A stretch of DNA of 64,000 bases. Source: an uncultured Methylomirabilota bacterium. GTDB lineage: Bacteria > Methylomirabilota > Methylomirabilia > Methylomirabilales > 2-02-FULL-66-22. The stretch spans positions 704,001 to 768,000 of the forward strand of contig OY970067.1 of NCBI GenBank assembly GCA_963705305.1, read 5' to 3'. The notes below the pieces were generated by a model. It saw only the letters and a program-made list of their open reading frames with translations, did no database searches and had not been told where the DNA came from. The translations under genes and the position numbers were made by a program. Below, in pieces: positions 30,023-39,750 of the stretch (position 1 is the stretch's first letter; each line of letters starts with the position of its first letter).

Positions 30023-31714
30023 ATGGCGGAGCCCGCAGAGCCGAACAAGATCATCTATTCCATGGTCGGCGTGGGAAAGACGTACGGTACGAAGCACGTG
30101 CTGAAGGACATCTCCCTTTCTTACTTCTACGGCGCCAAGATCGGCGTCCTTGGCCTGAACGGCGCCGGCAAGAGCACGCTGCTGCGGATCATGGCCGGGG
30201 AGGAGACCGAGTTTATCGGCGAGACCCACTGCGCGCCGGGCTACACCATCGGCTTCCTGGAGCAGGAGCCAAAGCTCGACCCCGCCAAGACCGTCCTCGA
30301 GGTGGCGCGCGAAGGCGTGCAGGAGACCGTCGACCTGCTGAAGCAGTTCGAGGAGATCAGCGCCAGGTTCGCCGAGCCCATGGCCGACGAGGAGATGAAC
30401 GCGCTGCTCGAGAAACAAGGGAAGGTGCAGGACAGGCTGGATGCGGCCGGCGCGTGGGATCTCGACAGCCGGCTGAATCTGGCCGTGGATGCCCTGCGCT
30501 GTCCATCGGGCGACACACCCGTGAGACTCCTCTCCGGCGGTGAATTGCGCCGGGTCGCGCTGTGCCGCCTCCTGCTCCGGCAGCCCGACATCCTCCTGCT
30601 CGACGAGCCGACCAACCACCTCGACGCCGAATCCGTGGCATGGCTGGAAGAGCACCTGCGACAGTACGAGGGCACGGTCATCGCGGTCACGCACGATCGC
30701 TACTTTCTCGACAACGTGGCGGGGTGGATCCTGGAGTTGGACCGCGGGCACGGGATCCCCTGGAAGGGGAACTACAGCTCCTGGCTGGCGCAGAAGCAGG
30801 AACGGCTCCAGCGCGAGGGGAAGACGGAGAGCGAGCGGCAGCGCACCCTCGAGCGCGAGCTGGAATGGATCCGGATGTCCCCGAAGGGGCGGCACGCCAA
30901 GGGAAAGGCCCGGATCAACGCCTACGAGACGCTCCTCCAGCAGGACCACGAGCGGCTGGCGCGGGACCTCGATATCTGCATCCCGCCCGGGCCGCGGTTG
31001 GGCGACGCGGTAATCCGCGCCGAGGGCGTGGCCAAGGCCTACGGGGATCAGGTCCTCTTCGACGAGATGACCTTCACCGTTCCGCCGGCGGCGGTGGTGG
31101 GAGTCGTGGGGCCGAACGGTGCGGGGAAGACGACGCTGTTTCGCATGCTCACCGGCGAGGAGACGCCTGACAGGGGAACGCTCGCCCTCGGGCAGACGGT
31201 GGCGCTGGCCTATGTGGATCAGGCCCGGAGCGGGCTCGACCCCACACAGACCGTGTGGGAGGCCATTTCCGGCGGGCAGGACCAGATCCCGCTGGGGAAG
31301 ACCATGGTCAATTCGCGCGCCTACGCCGCGCGCTTCAACTTCCTCGGCCCCGACCAGCAGAAGAAGGTTGGCTCGCTCTCGGGGGGCGAGCGAAACCGCC
31401 TGCACCTGGCGCGCATGCTGCGCCGCGAGGCCAACGTCATCCTGCTCGACGAGCCGACCAACGACCTCAACGTCAACACCATGCGGGCCCTCGAGGACGC
31501 CATTGACCGGTACGCCGGGTGCGTCCTGGTCATCTCGCACGATCGCTGGTTCCTCGACCGCATCGCGACCCACGTCCTCGCGTTCGAGGGGGACAGCCGG
31601 GTATACTGGTTCGAGGGGAATTGGAGCGAGTACGAGGCTGACCGCAAGCGCCGCCTCGGCGCCGCGGCCGAGCGGCCTCACCGCATCCGCTACCGGCCGC
31701 TCACGCGGACCTAA
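30023..31714 (+). CDS. ettA: Energy-dependent translational throttle protein EttA (ABC-F)
   Basis: GAKIGVLGLNGAGKSTLL, two ABC domains, LERELEWIR linker, VISHDRWFLDRIATH, RIRYRPL tail. Confidence 0.95.
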   Translation: MAEPAEPNKIIYSMVGVGKTYGTKHVLKDISLSYFYGAKIGVLGLNGAGKSTLLRIMAGEETEFIGETHCAPGYTIGFLEQEPKLDPAKTVLEVAREGVQETVDLLKQFEEISARFAEPMADEEMNALLEKQGKVQDRLDAAGAWDLDSRLNLAVDALRCPSGDTPVRLLSGGELRRVALCRLLLRQPDILLLDEPTNHLDAESVAWLEEHLRQYEGTVIAVTHDRYFLDNVAGWILELDRGHGIPWKGNYSSWLAQKQERLQREGKTESERQRTLERELEWIRMSPKGRHAKGKARINAYETLLQQDHERLARDLDICIPPGPRLGDAVIRAEGVAKAYGDQVLFDEMTFTVPPAAVVGVVGPNGAGKTTLFRMLTGEETPDRGTLALGQTVALAYVDQARSGLDPTQTVWEAISGGQDQIPLGKTMVNSRAYAARFNFLGPDQQKKVGSLSGGERNRLHLARMLRREANVILLDEPTNDLNVNTMRALEDAIDRYAGCVLVISHDRWFLDRIATHVLAFEGDSRVYWFEGNWSEYEADRKRRLGAAAERPHRIRYRPLTRT

Positions 31715-32075
31715 CAAGCTGCTGAAAAAGGCATCTGCGGCGTTGGCCCGCTCGGGCACTCGCTGCGGCGTACTGGAAGAGAGGGGCACGGTACACGCGT
31801 CGGAGGGCCGCTACCCGGATGACTGTCAACGGGCCCCTGGAATCCTCCCGCTCTCCGAGCCGCGTCGTTGGACGTGGGTTCTCCGCTGCGCCCGGCACGG
31901 ACGCCCGCGGCGGCGTCGCCTGGCAGTGACGAAGCTTGTCCGATCGCTGGTCTTTGTGAGGATGTGGCGTCGCACCATCCCCGGCACCCTCACGCTGTCG
32001 CGGGTGCCGGAAACATCCCGGCGACGGTGGTGCGGTGAAGGTGGGAAACCGGTATTTGTTTTTCTCCTTCCGCGG

Positions 32076-32414
32076 TCAGCGTGCGGCGGTCACGACCTTC
32101 TCTGCGCCAGTCTCCGCCTTGTCCATCTGGCTGCGGCCGTCGAATACCGCCTTCCCTTTCTTCAGCGAGTCGATCATTCTCTGGAAGACGGCCCTCGGAA
32201 CGTCCCTCGCCTCGTTATACTTCCCGCACAGAGGGCAGCGCACCGCTGGGTAGAAATGTTCCGACGATCCATCTTCCCAATACATCAAGATCAAGTCGTC
32301 TTCCTCTACCTCCATAACCGCCCCGCACCCCGACATTTCGTGATCGTGATGCTTCCCACAGGACACATACCCCTTCCAATTCTTCACGCCCTCACGCCCC
32401 AAGAGAACTCTCAT
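32076..32414 (-). CDS. Small putative zinc-ribbon protein
   Basis: C-x10-CG and CPLCG Cys pairs; strong AAAGGAGG RBS. Confidence 0.65.
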   Translation of the reverse strand: MRVLLGREGVKNWKGYVSCGKHHDHEMSGCGAVMEVEEDDLILMYWEDGSSEHFYPAVRCPLCGKYNEARDVPRAVFQRMIDSLKKGKAVFDGRSQMDKAETGAEKVVTAAR

Positions 32415-32741
32415 GGTCCCCTCCTTTCTCGCAGGTCGCTCGCCAGAGAAAGGCCCGGATGGAGAGTTGCCTGTCGGTCGCAGAAGGGCCTAATCCTGCC
32501 GGTGGGATCGCCTCCCATGCGCTGCCCATGAGAGACTCGCTGGAGGAACAGCTGGCGGCAAATCCCCATGCTGGCTCCCGCAACTTGGGTGCGATCCGCA
32601 CACGCTGGGAATTTGGAAGGTATGAGCTCTCTTTATCACTGCGCCTCGTTTATGTCAAGGTCGGGGTGCGCGCCCGGTCCTCCTTGACCGCCCTTCTGGC
32701 GCAGAGTAGTCTCCTGGGGCGTCGCGCTCCTCATTCCCGCG

Positions 32742-34037
32742 GTGCCGAACGGGGAGACGGACGGAGCGCAGGGACGCCCGAAGGAGTCCTGCGAATTGGG
32801 GGAATCGTTGGACGCGAAGAGCGGGTGGCTCTCCTGGGTCAGCAAGACCAAAGCGGATCGGACGCTCGTGGCCGTGAGCCTCGGGCACACGGTGACGGAC
32901 TGGTTTCCCAACAGCCTCTTCATCATCCTGCCCTATCTCGCAACGGACCTCGGTCTCACCTACAGTCAGATCGGCGTCCTCATGGGCTGGAACTATTTCA
33001 CCAGCTTTTTCGTGAATCTGCCCGGCGGCCTCATTGTCGATCTGGTCGGCAAGACTGGACTGCTCTTGGGGGTGGCCGTGGCGCTGACGGGCCTTCCCTA
33101 CGCCCTTCTGGGGTTCTGCACGAGCTATGCGGCCGCCATCCTCTGCATTACCTTCGTCGGGATCGGCAGCAATGTCTGGCATCCGGCGGCCCTGTCTTTC
33201 CTCGCCAGGCGCTACCCCAGCCGCAAGGGACTGGCGATGGCCCTGCATACCATGGGCGGCAACGTGGGCAGCACGTGCGCGCCCATGGCTATGGGTTTAG
33301 CCCTTACCGTGATGGTCTGGCGTCGCGTCCTGCTGGCCAATTTCCTCGTGGGGATGCCCATGGGATTCGTGCTGTGGCGGCTTCTCGCCACGGTCGAGAT
33401 GGCCCGCCAAGAAGGGGACCGCACCGCCCTTTCCCTCCACGAGTACGGCCGCGCGGTTCGGACCATGGCCCGGAACAAGGGTATCCTGTTGCTGTGCTCG
33501 CTGGGCGGGCTCCGGGCGATGACCTCGATCGGCCTCTTTACATTCCTTCCCATCTACCTGGCTCACGAGCTGCAATATTCCCCCGCCCTGGTAGGGGCAT
33601 ACATGACGGTCGTCCAGGGCGCGGGGATCCTCGCCTCCCCGGTGTCGGGCGTCCTGTCGGACCGGAGAGGACGGCGCCCCGTCCTAACCACGGGCCTTGT
33701 GGTCACCAGCCTTCTCCTAATCACCCTGGCCGCGCTTAAGCTGCGCCTCCTCTTTGTCGGCGTGCTCGCGGTCCTCGGCTTTTTCCTGTTCTCCCTACAG
33801 CCCGTCATCCTGGCCTGGATGATGGACATCGCCCCGGCGAACCTGGCGGGGACCACGGTGAGCGCCCTATTCGGGATGCAATCCCTCTTCGCCGGCTTCT
33901 CCCCGGCCATCTGCGGCCTCATCGCGGACCGCTTCGGCATCCTGTACGCTTTCTATTTCCTGGCCTCCACCATCTTTGCCGCGAACTGCCTCGTCTACCT
34001 GATTCCTGAGAAGGCCGCCAGAGATTCCAACCGCTAG
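32742..34037 (+). CDS. MFS transporter (Fsr-like); start uncertain
   Basis: About 12 TM segments; WHPAALS, GVLSDRRGRR, GLIADRFG. Confidence 0.88.
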   Translation: MPNGETDGAQGRPKESCELGESLDAKSGWLSWVSKTKADRTLVAVSLGHTVTDWFPNSLFIILPYLATDLGLTYSQIGVLMGWNYFTSFFVNLPGGLIVDLVGKTGLLLGVAVALTGLPYALLGFCTSYAAAILCITFVGIGSNVWHPAALSFLARRYPSRKGLAMALHTMGGNVGSTCAPMAMGLALTVMVWRRVLLANFLVGMPMGFVLWRLLATVEMARQEGDRTALSLHEYGRAVRTMARNKGILLLCSLGGLRAMTSIGLFTFLPIYLAHELQYSPALVGAYMTVVQGAGILASPVSGVLSDRRGRRPVLTTGLVVTSLLLITLAALKLRLLFVGVLAVLGFFLFSLQPVILAWMMDIAPANLAGTTVSALFGMQSLFAGFSPAICGLIADRFGILYAFYFLASTIFAANCLVYLIPEKAARDSNR

Positions 34038-34444
34038 CCAGCCCCCCGGACGCCACAATTTCGCGAGCAGGCGCGAGTGCCGATTGCATGGTCTGTCGGC
34101 GCGCACCGCGAAAATGGGGATTCAGCAAGGAATCCGCGGGGGGGTTCCTCACGCACCCGGGCAGGAGGTAGTCAACGTAGTCAAAGACGTCCCTGGTTTC
34201 TGGGCTCCGGCCGACATGCCGCTGGCCCCCTACGGCCGGGCCTAGCCCGTGCTTGCATTGCCTCCGCGATCGGAGGTAAAGTTGGCCGGTCCGCGGAACG
34301 AGTCTCAGGGCGGGCCGATGCCGAGGCGCGTCGGATGGAGTACCCGAAATGGAGGAAAACGTCGGCGATTGGGGTAGGCTGCCGCCCCAGGCTGCGGGCG
34401 ACGGCCGGGCCGCTCGCCGGCAGTCTCGGAGATGCAGCACCATT

Positions 34445-35502
34445 TAGGGGACGTTGCCAACTACAGCAATTTGTTCCAGAGCGCGTCCCATCGGGCCGTG
34501 GCTTGCTGCCCCCGCCGGACAGCGGCGTAGACGGCCTGGGGGAGATCCCGAGCACCTGGGCCAGAGGCCGAGCGGCGCGGCCGGCGCGCGCGACCCAGAG
34601 ATACGCGATCCCCTCCCGGGTGCGGGAGACGGCCGCCCGCCGGTTCCCGCCTTGCAGTGCCTGGGCGGTGATTCCCGCCTCCCGGCAGACCCGTCCCACC
34701 AGACGGGGCAAGGACAGGCCTCGGGCCGACGCCGGCGACTGGGCCTCCACTTGGCGGCGGAGGTCCTCCACGAACTCGCTGCTTCCGAGAATTCGCTCGT
34801 CCCCCAGATAGGCTTCCCGCCCCCGCCGGAGGGCTGCCACGACGGCCCAGCCGCCCAGACTGCGGATCAGCCCCCCGCCCTGCAGGTCCGGTCGACGGCC
34901 TTGCGGGACCCCGGCCGCTACAAAGGCGCGGTAGCCGGCCCGGGCGCGGCGACGGGTGGGGCCGAAGCGGCCGAGGACCTCCTCGGTTGCCTGCCAGGAA
35001 CGGGGGACGGTCCCCAGGAGGGCACTGTGGCCGGTCCAGGGGTACCGGTCGAGGCGACGGAGTGTTGCCACGACGCCGGCCCGGATTGGATTCAGGTGCA
35101 GGTAGCGGACGAGCTCGAGGAAGTACGGCTCCGCTTCCACGACCACGGACTTGTACCGGTTCTGAAACAGGTGCCCCGCCCGCCGATGGCGCCGGTTGAA
35201 GGCCCCGGCGTAGCCGGTCAGGAGACTGCGCATACTGCGGGCCAGGGGGCGCGTCCCGGTGCGGACGAGCAGGTGGGCATGGTTCGGCAGGAGCGCCCAC
35301 GCGAACAGCGTCCAAGCGCCTGCCGCCGCCAAGGCCGCCAGGCGAGCGACGAAGTCTTCCCGGTCTCGGTCGTCCCGGAACACGGCGCGCCGCTCGATCC
35401 CGCGCACCATGACATGGTGCAGGACATTGGGGGCATCCAGCCGGGGTCCCCGAGGCATGCGGGGAGGATAGCAGCGATTGGTCTATTTGGCAACGTCCCC
35501 TA
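34445..35502 (-). mobile_element. Y1/HUH transposase element bounded by perfect 16-bp inverted repeats
   Basis: TAGGGGACGTTGCCAA (34445-34460) and TTGGCAACGTCCCCTA (35487-35502) enclose only the transposase gene. Confidence 0.75.
34461..35458 (-). CDS. RAYT-like Y1 (HUH) transposase with C-terminal HTH; apparent 1-nt frameshift at G5 run 34538-34542
   Basis: HHVMVRG, PNHAHLL (HuH), GHLFQNRY, YLHLNP (catalytic Tyr), YPWTGH; helix LAQVLGISP continues as QAVYAAVRRG in another frame. Confidence 0.88.
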
Positions 35503-35602
35503 TTCCGTCCTATTCCGTCCCCGTCTCAATGCTCGGCGCCCGCTTCCGTTTGGTGTTGGCGTGTCGCAAGCTGCGCTAACGGGCAATCCTCCGAACGGCG
35601 GG

Positions 35603-36724
35603 CTAGCTCCCGTCACGCAGGAAGAACTTCACGCACACGGGCGTCGGCACCTGCGTGACGTGTCCGGTGGGACGAAGCGACCCGGTCTGCTCGTCGATGC
35701 GGAATGTCACGATCGTATCGGTATCCTGGTTGGCCGCAAGCAAGAACCTCCCGCTCGGATCGATGCCGAAGTGGCGCGGTGTCTTCCCCCCGGTCGGCCA
35801 GTGGTCGACGCCGGTAAGCCCCCCGGTGCGCCGATCGATTCGGAAGGCCGCGATGCTGTCGTGACCCCGGTTCGACGCGTACAGGAAGCCTCCCGATGGA
35901 GCGACCTGCACATCGGCGCAGGTGCTCTCTCCCGAGAAGTTCGCCGGAAGCGTGGAGATCCGCTGCAGCGCTTTGAGCGTGCCGCTCTCCCCGTCATAGG
36001 ACAGGGCCAGGATCGTCGAGTCGAGCTCGTTGATGAGATACGCGAACCGGCCGCTCGGGTGGAAGGCCAGGTGGCGGGGACCGGCCCCGGGTTTCACGGC
36101 GATCCAGGGAACGTCGTGCGGCTCGAGCCTTCCTCGACCGGCATCCAGCCTGTACACCATGAGCTTGTCCAGCCCTAGATCGGGAACGAAGGCGAATCGA
36201 TTTGCCTCATCCAGCGTGACCGAATGGGCATGGGGGCCCCTTTGGCGGAGGGGATCGATGCTCGAGCCCTGATGCTGGACGATGTGAGAGGCTTCCCCAA
36301 GGCTGCCGTCCGCGCGCACCGGCAGCACGCAGATGCTCCCGCTCATGAAATTCGCTACCAGGACGTATGCGCCTTTCCTGTCGATCGCGAGGTGACAGGG
36401 ATCGGCCCCCCCGGTCGGCCGCCTGTTCAAGAACCCCAGACGCCCCGTTCCCGGGTCCACGGCAAAGGCGCTGACGCTTCCGCCCGGCCTGCCTTCGCAG
36501 GTCTTCAGCTCGTTGACGGCATAGAGGAAACGCCGTGTGGGATCGAATGCCAGGTACGAGGGGTTGGCGACGCCGGTCGCCTGTCCGGCCGGCTCCATCG
36601 CGCCTGAGGACCGATCCATCCAGAAGAAGTAAATCCCCTCGCCTTTTCCCTGGAGGACCTTCCCGCTGCCGAACCGGATCGGCTCGGTGTACGTCCCGAC
36701 ATATACGAGCAATGCGTCTGTCAT
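35603..36724 (-). CDS. pgl: 6-phosphogluconolactonase family lactonase (beta-propeller)
   Basis: YVGTYT, NPSYL, PHAHS, GAGPRH, YASNRGHDSI, PRHF. Confidence 0.88.
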   Translation of the reverse strand: MTDALLVYVGTYTEPIRFGSGKVLQGKGEGIYFFWMDRSSGAMEPAGQATGVANPSYLAFDPTRRFLYAVNELKTCEGRPGGSVSAFAVDPGTGRLGFLNRRPTGGADPCHLAIDRKGAYVLVANFMSGSICVLPVRADGSLGEASHIVQHQGSSIDPLRQRGPHAHSVTLDEANRFAFVPDLGLDKLMVYRLDAGRGRLEPHDVPWIAVKPGAGPRHLAFHPSGRFAYLINELDSTILALSYDGESGTLKALQRISTLPANFSGESTCADVQVAPSGGFLYASNRGHDSIAAFRIDRRTGGLTGVDHWPTGGKTPRHFGIDPSGRFLLAANQDTDTIVTFRIDEQTGSLRPTGHVTQVPTPVCVKFFLRDGS

Positions 36725-36775
36725 GGCTCGGCCATCCTTGTTGAGAACCAATCGGGTGATCGCTGAATAGATTAC

Positions 36776-37852
36776 CTAATTCGGCTCGACCACGACCTTG
36801 ATGGCGTTCTCCCGCCGGTGCACGAAGGTATCCAGCGCCGTCGCGAACTGCTCCAGGGGGAAGGTGTGCGTGATCAGATCCGTCACCTGCAACTGCTTCG
36901 TCGCGATCCAGTTGATGACTTTGCGCGAGACGTTCGGATTGGCCCGCGAGCCGAAGATGGCAATCTCGTTGTGGACGATGTGTTTGAAGGGAAGCGGCTC
37001 GACCACGTGGCCCGGGGGCACGCCCACCAACGCCACGCGACCCCCCTTGCGCACCATCTCGACGGCCTGCCGGAAGGTCCCGGGCGCGCCCGAGCACTCG
37101 ATCGCCTCGTCGGCCCCTCGCCCGCCCGTGGTCGCCCGCACCGCCTCCACCGGGGCCTCCGTCTCGAAATTCACCACCGCATCGGCACCGGCGCGCCGGG
37201 CGGCCTCCAACCGCGAGCCGCGGCCGACGACGATCACACGGGCAGCGCCCAGGAGCCGCGCCACGCGCATGGCGATGAGGCCGATCGGTCCCGGGCCGAT
37301 CACCGCCACCGTCCCCCCGGGGGTCACCCCGGACAGCTCCAGACCGTGGAGGACGACCCCGGCGGTGTCCACCAGCGCCCCTTCCCGAAAACTCACGTCG
37401 GCCGGCATGCGATTCACGCTCTTGACCGAGAACGCTCCATACTGTGCGTAAGCGCCCGGGGTGATGAACCCATAATGCCGATGGCCGGCCTCCGGCCGGC
37501 CGTAGTTTTCGCAGAGCGTGTAGCGCCCTTCCAGGCAGTTGGCGCACACCCCGCAGCCGCGATGCGCCTGGCCGGCCACCCGGTCGCCGACCAGCAGGTC
37601 CACGACCTCGGGGCCGAGGGCGACGATCTCGCCGGCCCATTCGTGGCCCGGGATGAACGGGTACGCAGGCGGCCAGGTCCCGGCCAGGTCGCCGCGAAGG
37701 ATCTCCGGGTCGCTCCCGCAGATCGCCACGGCGCGGACCTTGCAGAGGACCTCACCTGCCCCGGGGGCGGGGACCGGAACGGTCTGCACGGCGAACGCGC
37801 CGGGCGACGGGAGAACCAGAGCACGCATGGTGGTCGGGATGCCTTCCAACAT
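36776..37852 (-). CDS. Zn-dependent alcohol/polyol dehydrogenase (MDR)
   Basis: ICGSD, PGHE, CGVCANC..C, GPGPIG; start uncertain (37852 or 37870). Confidence 0.9.
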   Translation of the reverse strand: MLEGIPTTMRALVLPSPGAFAVQTVPVPAPGAGEVLCKVRAVAICGSDPEILRGDLAGTWPPAYPFIPGHEWAGEIVALGPEVVDLLVGDRVAGQAHRGCGVCANCLEGRYTLCENYGRPEAGHRHYGFITPGAYAQYGAFSVKSVNRMPADVSFREGALVDTAGVVLHGLELSGVTPGGTVAVIGPGPIGLIAMRVARLLGAARVIVVGRGSRLEAARRAGADAVVNFETEAPVEAVRATTGGRGADEAIECSGAPGTFRQAVEMVRKGGRVALVGVPPGHVVEPLPFKHIVHNEIAIFGSRANPNVSRKVINWIATKQLQVTDLITHTFPLEQFATALDTFVHRRENAIKVVVEPN

Positions 37853-37874
37853 GGGGATCTCCTCCAGCAACAGG

Positions 37875-38918
37875 TTATGGCGTCGCCCCGCCCGGCCGCG
37901 TGAGGACGACGCGGCCCAGCAGATCTCCCGATTCGAGGCGCGCCGCGGCCTCCCCGGCCGCTTCCAGCGGATAGCGGGCCCCGACGACCGGTGTCAACCG
38001 CCCCTCCCGTACCAGGCGCACGACATCGACCAGGTCCTGTTTGGTGCTGCCTCGGCAGCCGATGATCTGGAGCTCGGTCTTGAACAACGGAAGCGAGGGA
38101 ACCTCGAACGTCTCGTCCAGGTATCCGACGATCAGAAGCTTGCCCCCCGGCCGGAGCGCGGCCAGCCCCTGCTGCACGCTCACCCGGCTGCCGATGTTGT
38201 CCACCACGAGGTCAACACCCTCCCCCTGCGTGAAGTCGGCGACGGCGTCTTCCAGCGACGCGCTGCCCGTCTGGACTGGGACGGCGCCATACTGCTCGGC
38301 CAGCCGCAGCCGTTCGGGGCGGCGGCTGGCCGCCAGGACGCGGGCCCCGGCCAGGCGAGCGATCTGCACGCCGTGAATCCCCAGCCCGCCCACCCCAAGC
38401 ACCAGGACCCGCTGGCCTTCGCCCACCCGGCCCTGGTGGAGCAGGCTGTGGTACATGCACGCCACCGCATCGGGAAGGATCGCCGCAGCCTCGTAGGAAA
38501 GGCGGGGCGGGAGCGCCACCAGATTCGCCGCCGGCAGCGCCACGTACTCCGCATGACCGCCGTCCCGCTCGAATCCGATCCGCTGCATGGCCCGGCAGCG
38601 CTGCGTCTCTCCGGCCTGGCAGTCCCGGCATCGGCCGCAGGTGACATCGATGGCGGCCGTCACGCGATCCCCCACGCGCCAGCCGCCGACTCCCTCTCCT
38701 AGCTCCGCCACGTCCCCCGCCAGCTCATGGCCGATGACGCGCGGCAGCTCCCCCAGGGGCTGCCGCCCCGACAGCAGGTGCAGATCCGTGCTGCACAGGC
38801 CGCTGGCCCGCACGCGGACCACCACTTCGCCGGGGGCCGGGCGCGGCACCGGGCGATCTCCCACCTCGAGGCTGCCGCCGTAGCGGGCGATGAGGACGGC
38901 CCGCATCCTCTCCGGCAT
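37875..38918 (-). CDS. Zn-dependent alcohol dehydrogenase (MDR)
   Basis: LCSTD, IGHE, CGRCRDC..C, GVGGLG. Confidence 0.9.
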   Translation of the reverse strand: MPERMRAVLIARYGGSLEVGDRPVPRPAPGEVVVRVRASGLCSTDLHLLSGRQPLGELPRVIGHELAGDVAELGEGVGGWRVGDRVTAAIDVTCGRCRDCQAGETQRCRAMQRIGFERDGGHAEYVALPAANLVALPPRLSYEAAAILPDAVACMYHSLLHQGRVGEGQRVLVLGVGGLGIHGVQIARLAGARVLAASRRPERLRLAEQYGAVPVQTGSASLEDAVADFTQGEGVDLVVDNIGSRVSVQQGLAALRPGGKLLIVGYLDETFEVPSLPLFKTELQIIGCRGSTKQDLVDVVRLVREGRLTPVVGARYPLEAAGEAAARLESGDLLGRVVLTRPGGATP

Positions 38919-38920
38919 GG

Positions 38921-39748
38921 CTACTCCTTCAACCCCGTGATCGCGATCCCTTGGATGAACGACCGCTGGAGGAAGAAGAACAGCAGGATCATGGGGAGCG
39001 TCCCAATGGCGGCAACGGCCATGAGCTGATCCCAGGCCGTGCCGAAGCTGCTCATGAAGAGCGAGATGCCCAGCGGCAGCGTGCGCAGGGAATCCTTCGT
39101 TACGATGATGAGCGGCCAGATGTACATGTCCCAGGCCTCTCGGAAGGTGAAGACCCCCAGGGCCGCCAGCGCGGGCTTGCAAAGCGGCAGCACGATCTGC
39201 GCGTAGATGCGCAGCTCGGACGCCCCGTCGATCCGTGCCGCTTCGATCAACTCGTTTGGGATCCCCAGCAGGTACTGCCGCATCAGGAAGACGCCGAAGC
39301 CCTCCACCAGGAACGGCACGATCAGGCCGGAGTAGGTGTTGGGCCAGTTCAGCTTCTTGATGATCAGGAAGAGGGGCACCATCGTCACTTCCAGCGGCAG
39401 CATCATCGTGCTCAGAATCAGGAGAAAGAGGAAGTTACGCCCGAAGTAGCGGAACTTGCTGAGGCTGTACCCGGCAAGGGAGGCCAAGAGCAGGTTGCCG
39501 ACGGTGATGGCCACGGACACCGCCGTCGAATTCAAAATGTACCGGGTGAAGTCCTGCGCCCGCCAGGCCTCGCCGTAGGCGCTCCAGTTGGCCGGGTGGG
39601 GCACCCACTGGGGCGGGACGGCGAACATGTTGGCGTTGGTCTTGAACGAGCAGGACACCATCCAGTAGTAGGGCAGCAGCCCGATCAGCCCGATGAGGAT
39701 CAGGAGCGGGTAGAGGACGAACGCCCGGAGGCGAGCGGACCGGCCCAT
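38921..39748 (-). CDS. Carbohydrate ABC permease
   Basis: ELIEAARIDGAS; FLQRSFIQGI. Confidence 0.9.
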   Translation of the reverse strand: MGRSARLRAFVLYPLLILIGLIGLLPYYWMVSCSFKTNANMFAVPPQWVPHPANWSAYGEAWRAQDFTRYILNSTAVSVAITVGNLLLASLAGYSLSKFRYFGRNFLFLLILSTMMLPLEVTMVPLFLIIKKLNWPNTYSGLIVPFLVEGFGVFLMRQYLLGIPNELIEAARIDGASELRIYAQIVLPLCKPALAALGVFTFREAWDMYIWPLIIVTKDSLRTLPLGISLFMSSFGTAWDQLMAVAAIGTLPMILLFFFLQRSFIQGIAITGLKE

Positions 39749-39750
39749 GC

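Noticed and set aside
34181..34460. C-terminal part of the 425-aa transposase ORF
   Set aside because: Low-complexity read-through past the inverted repeat, caused by the frameshift
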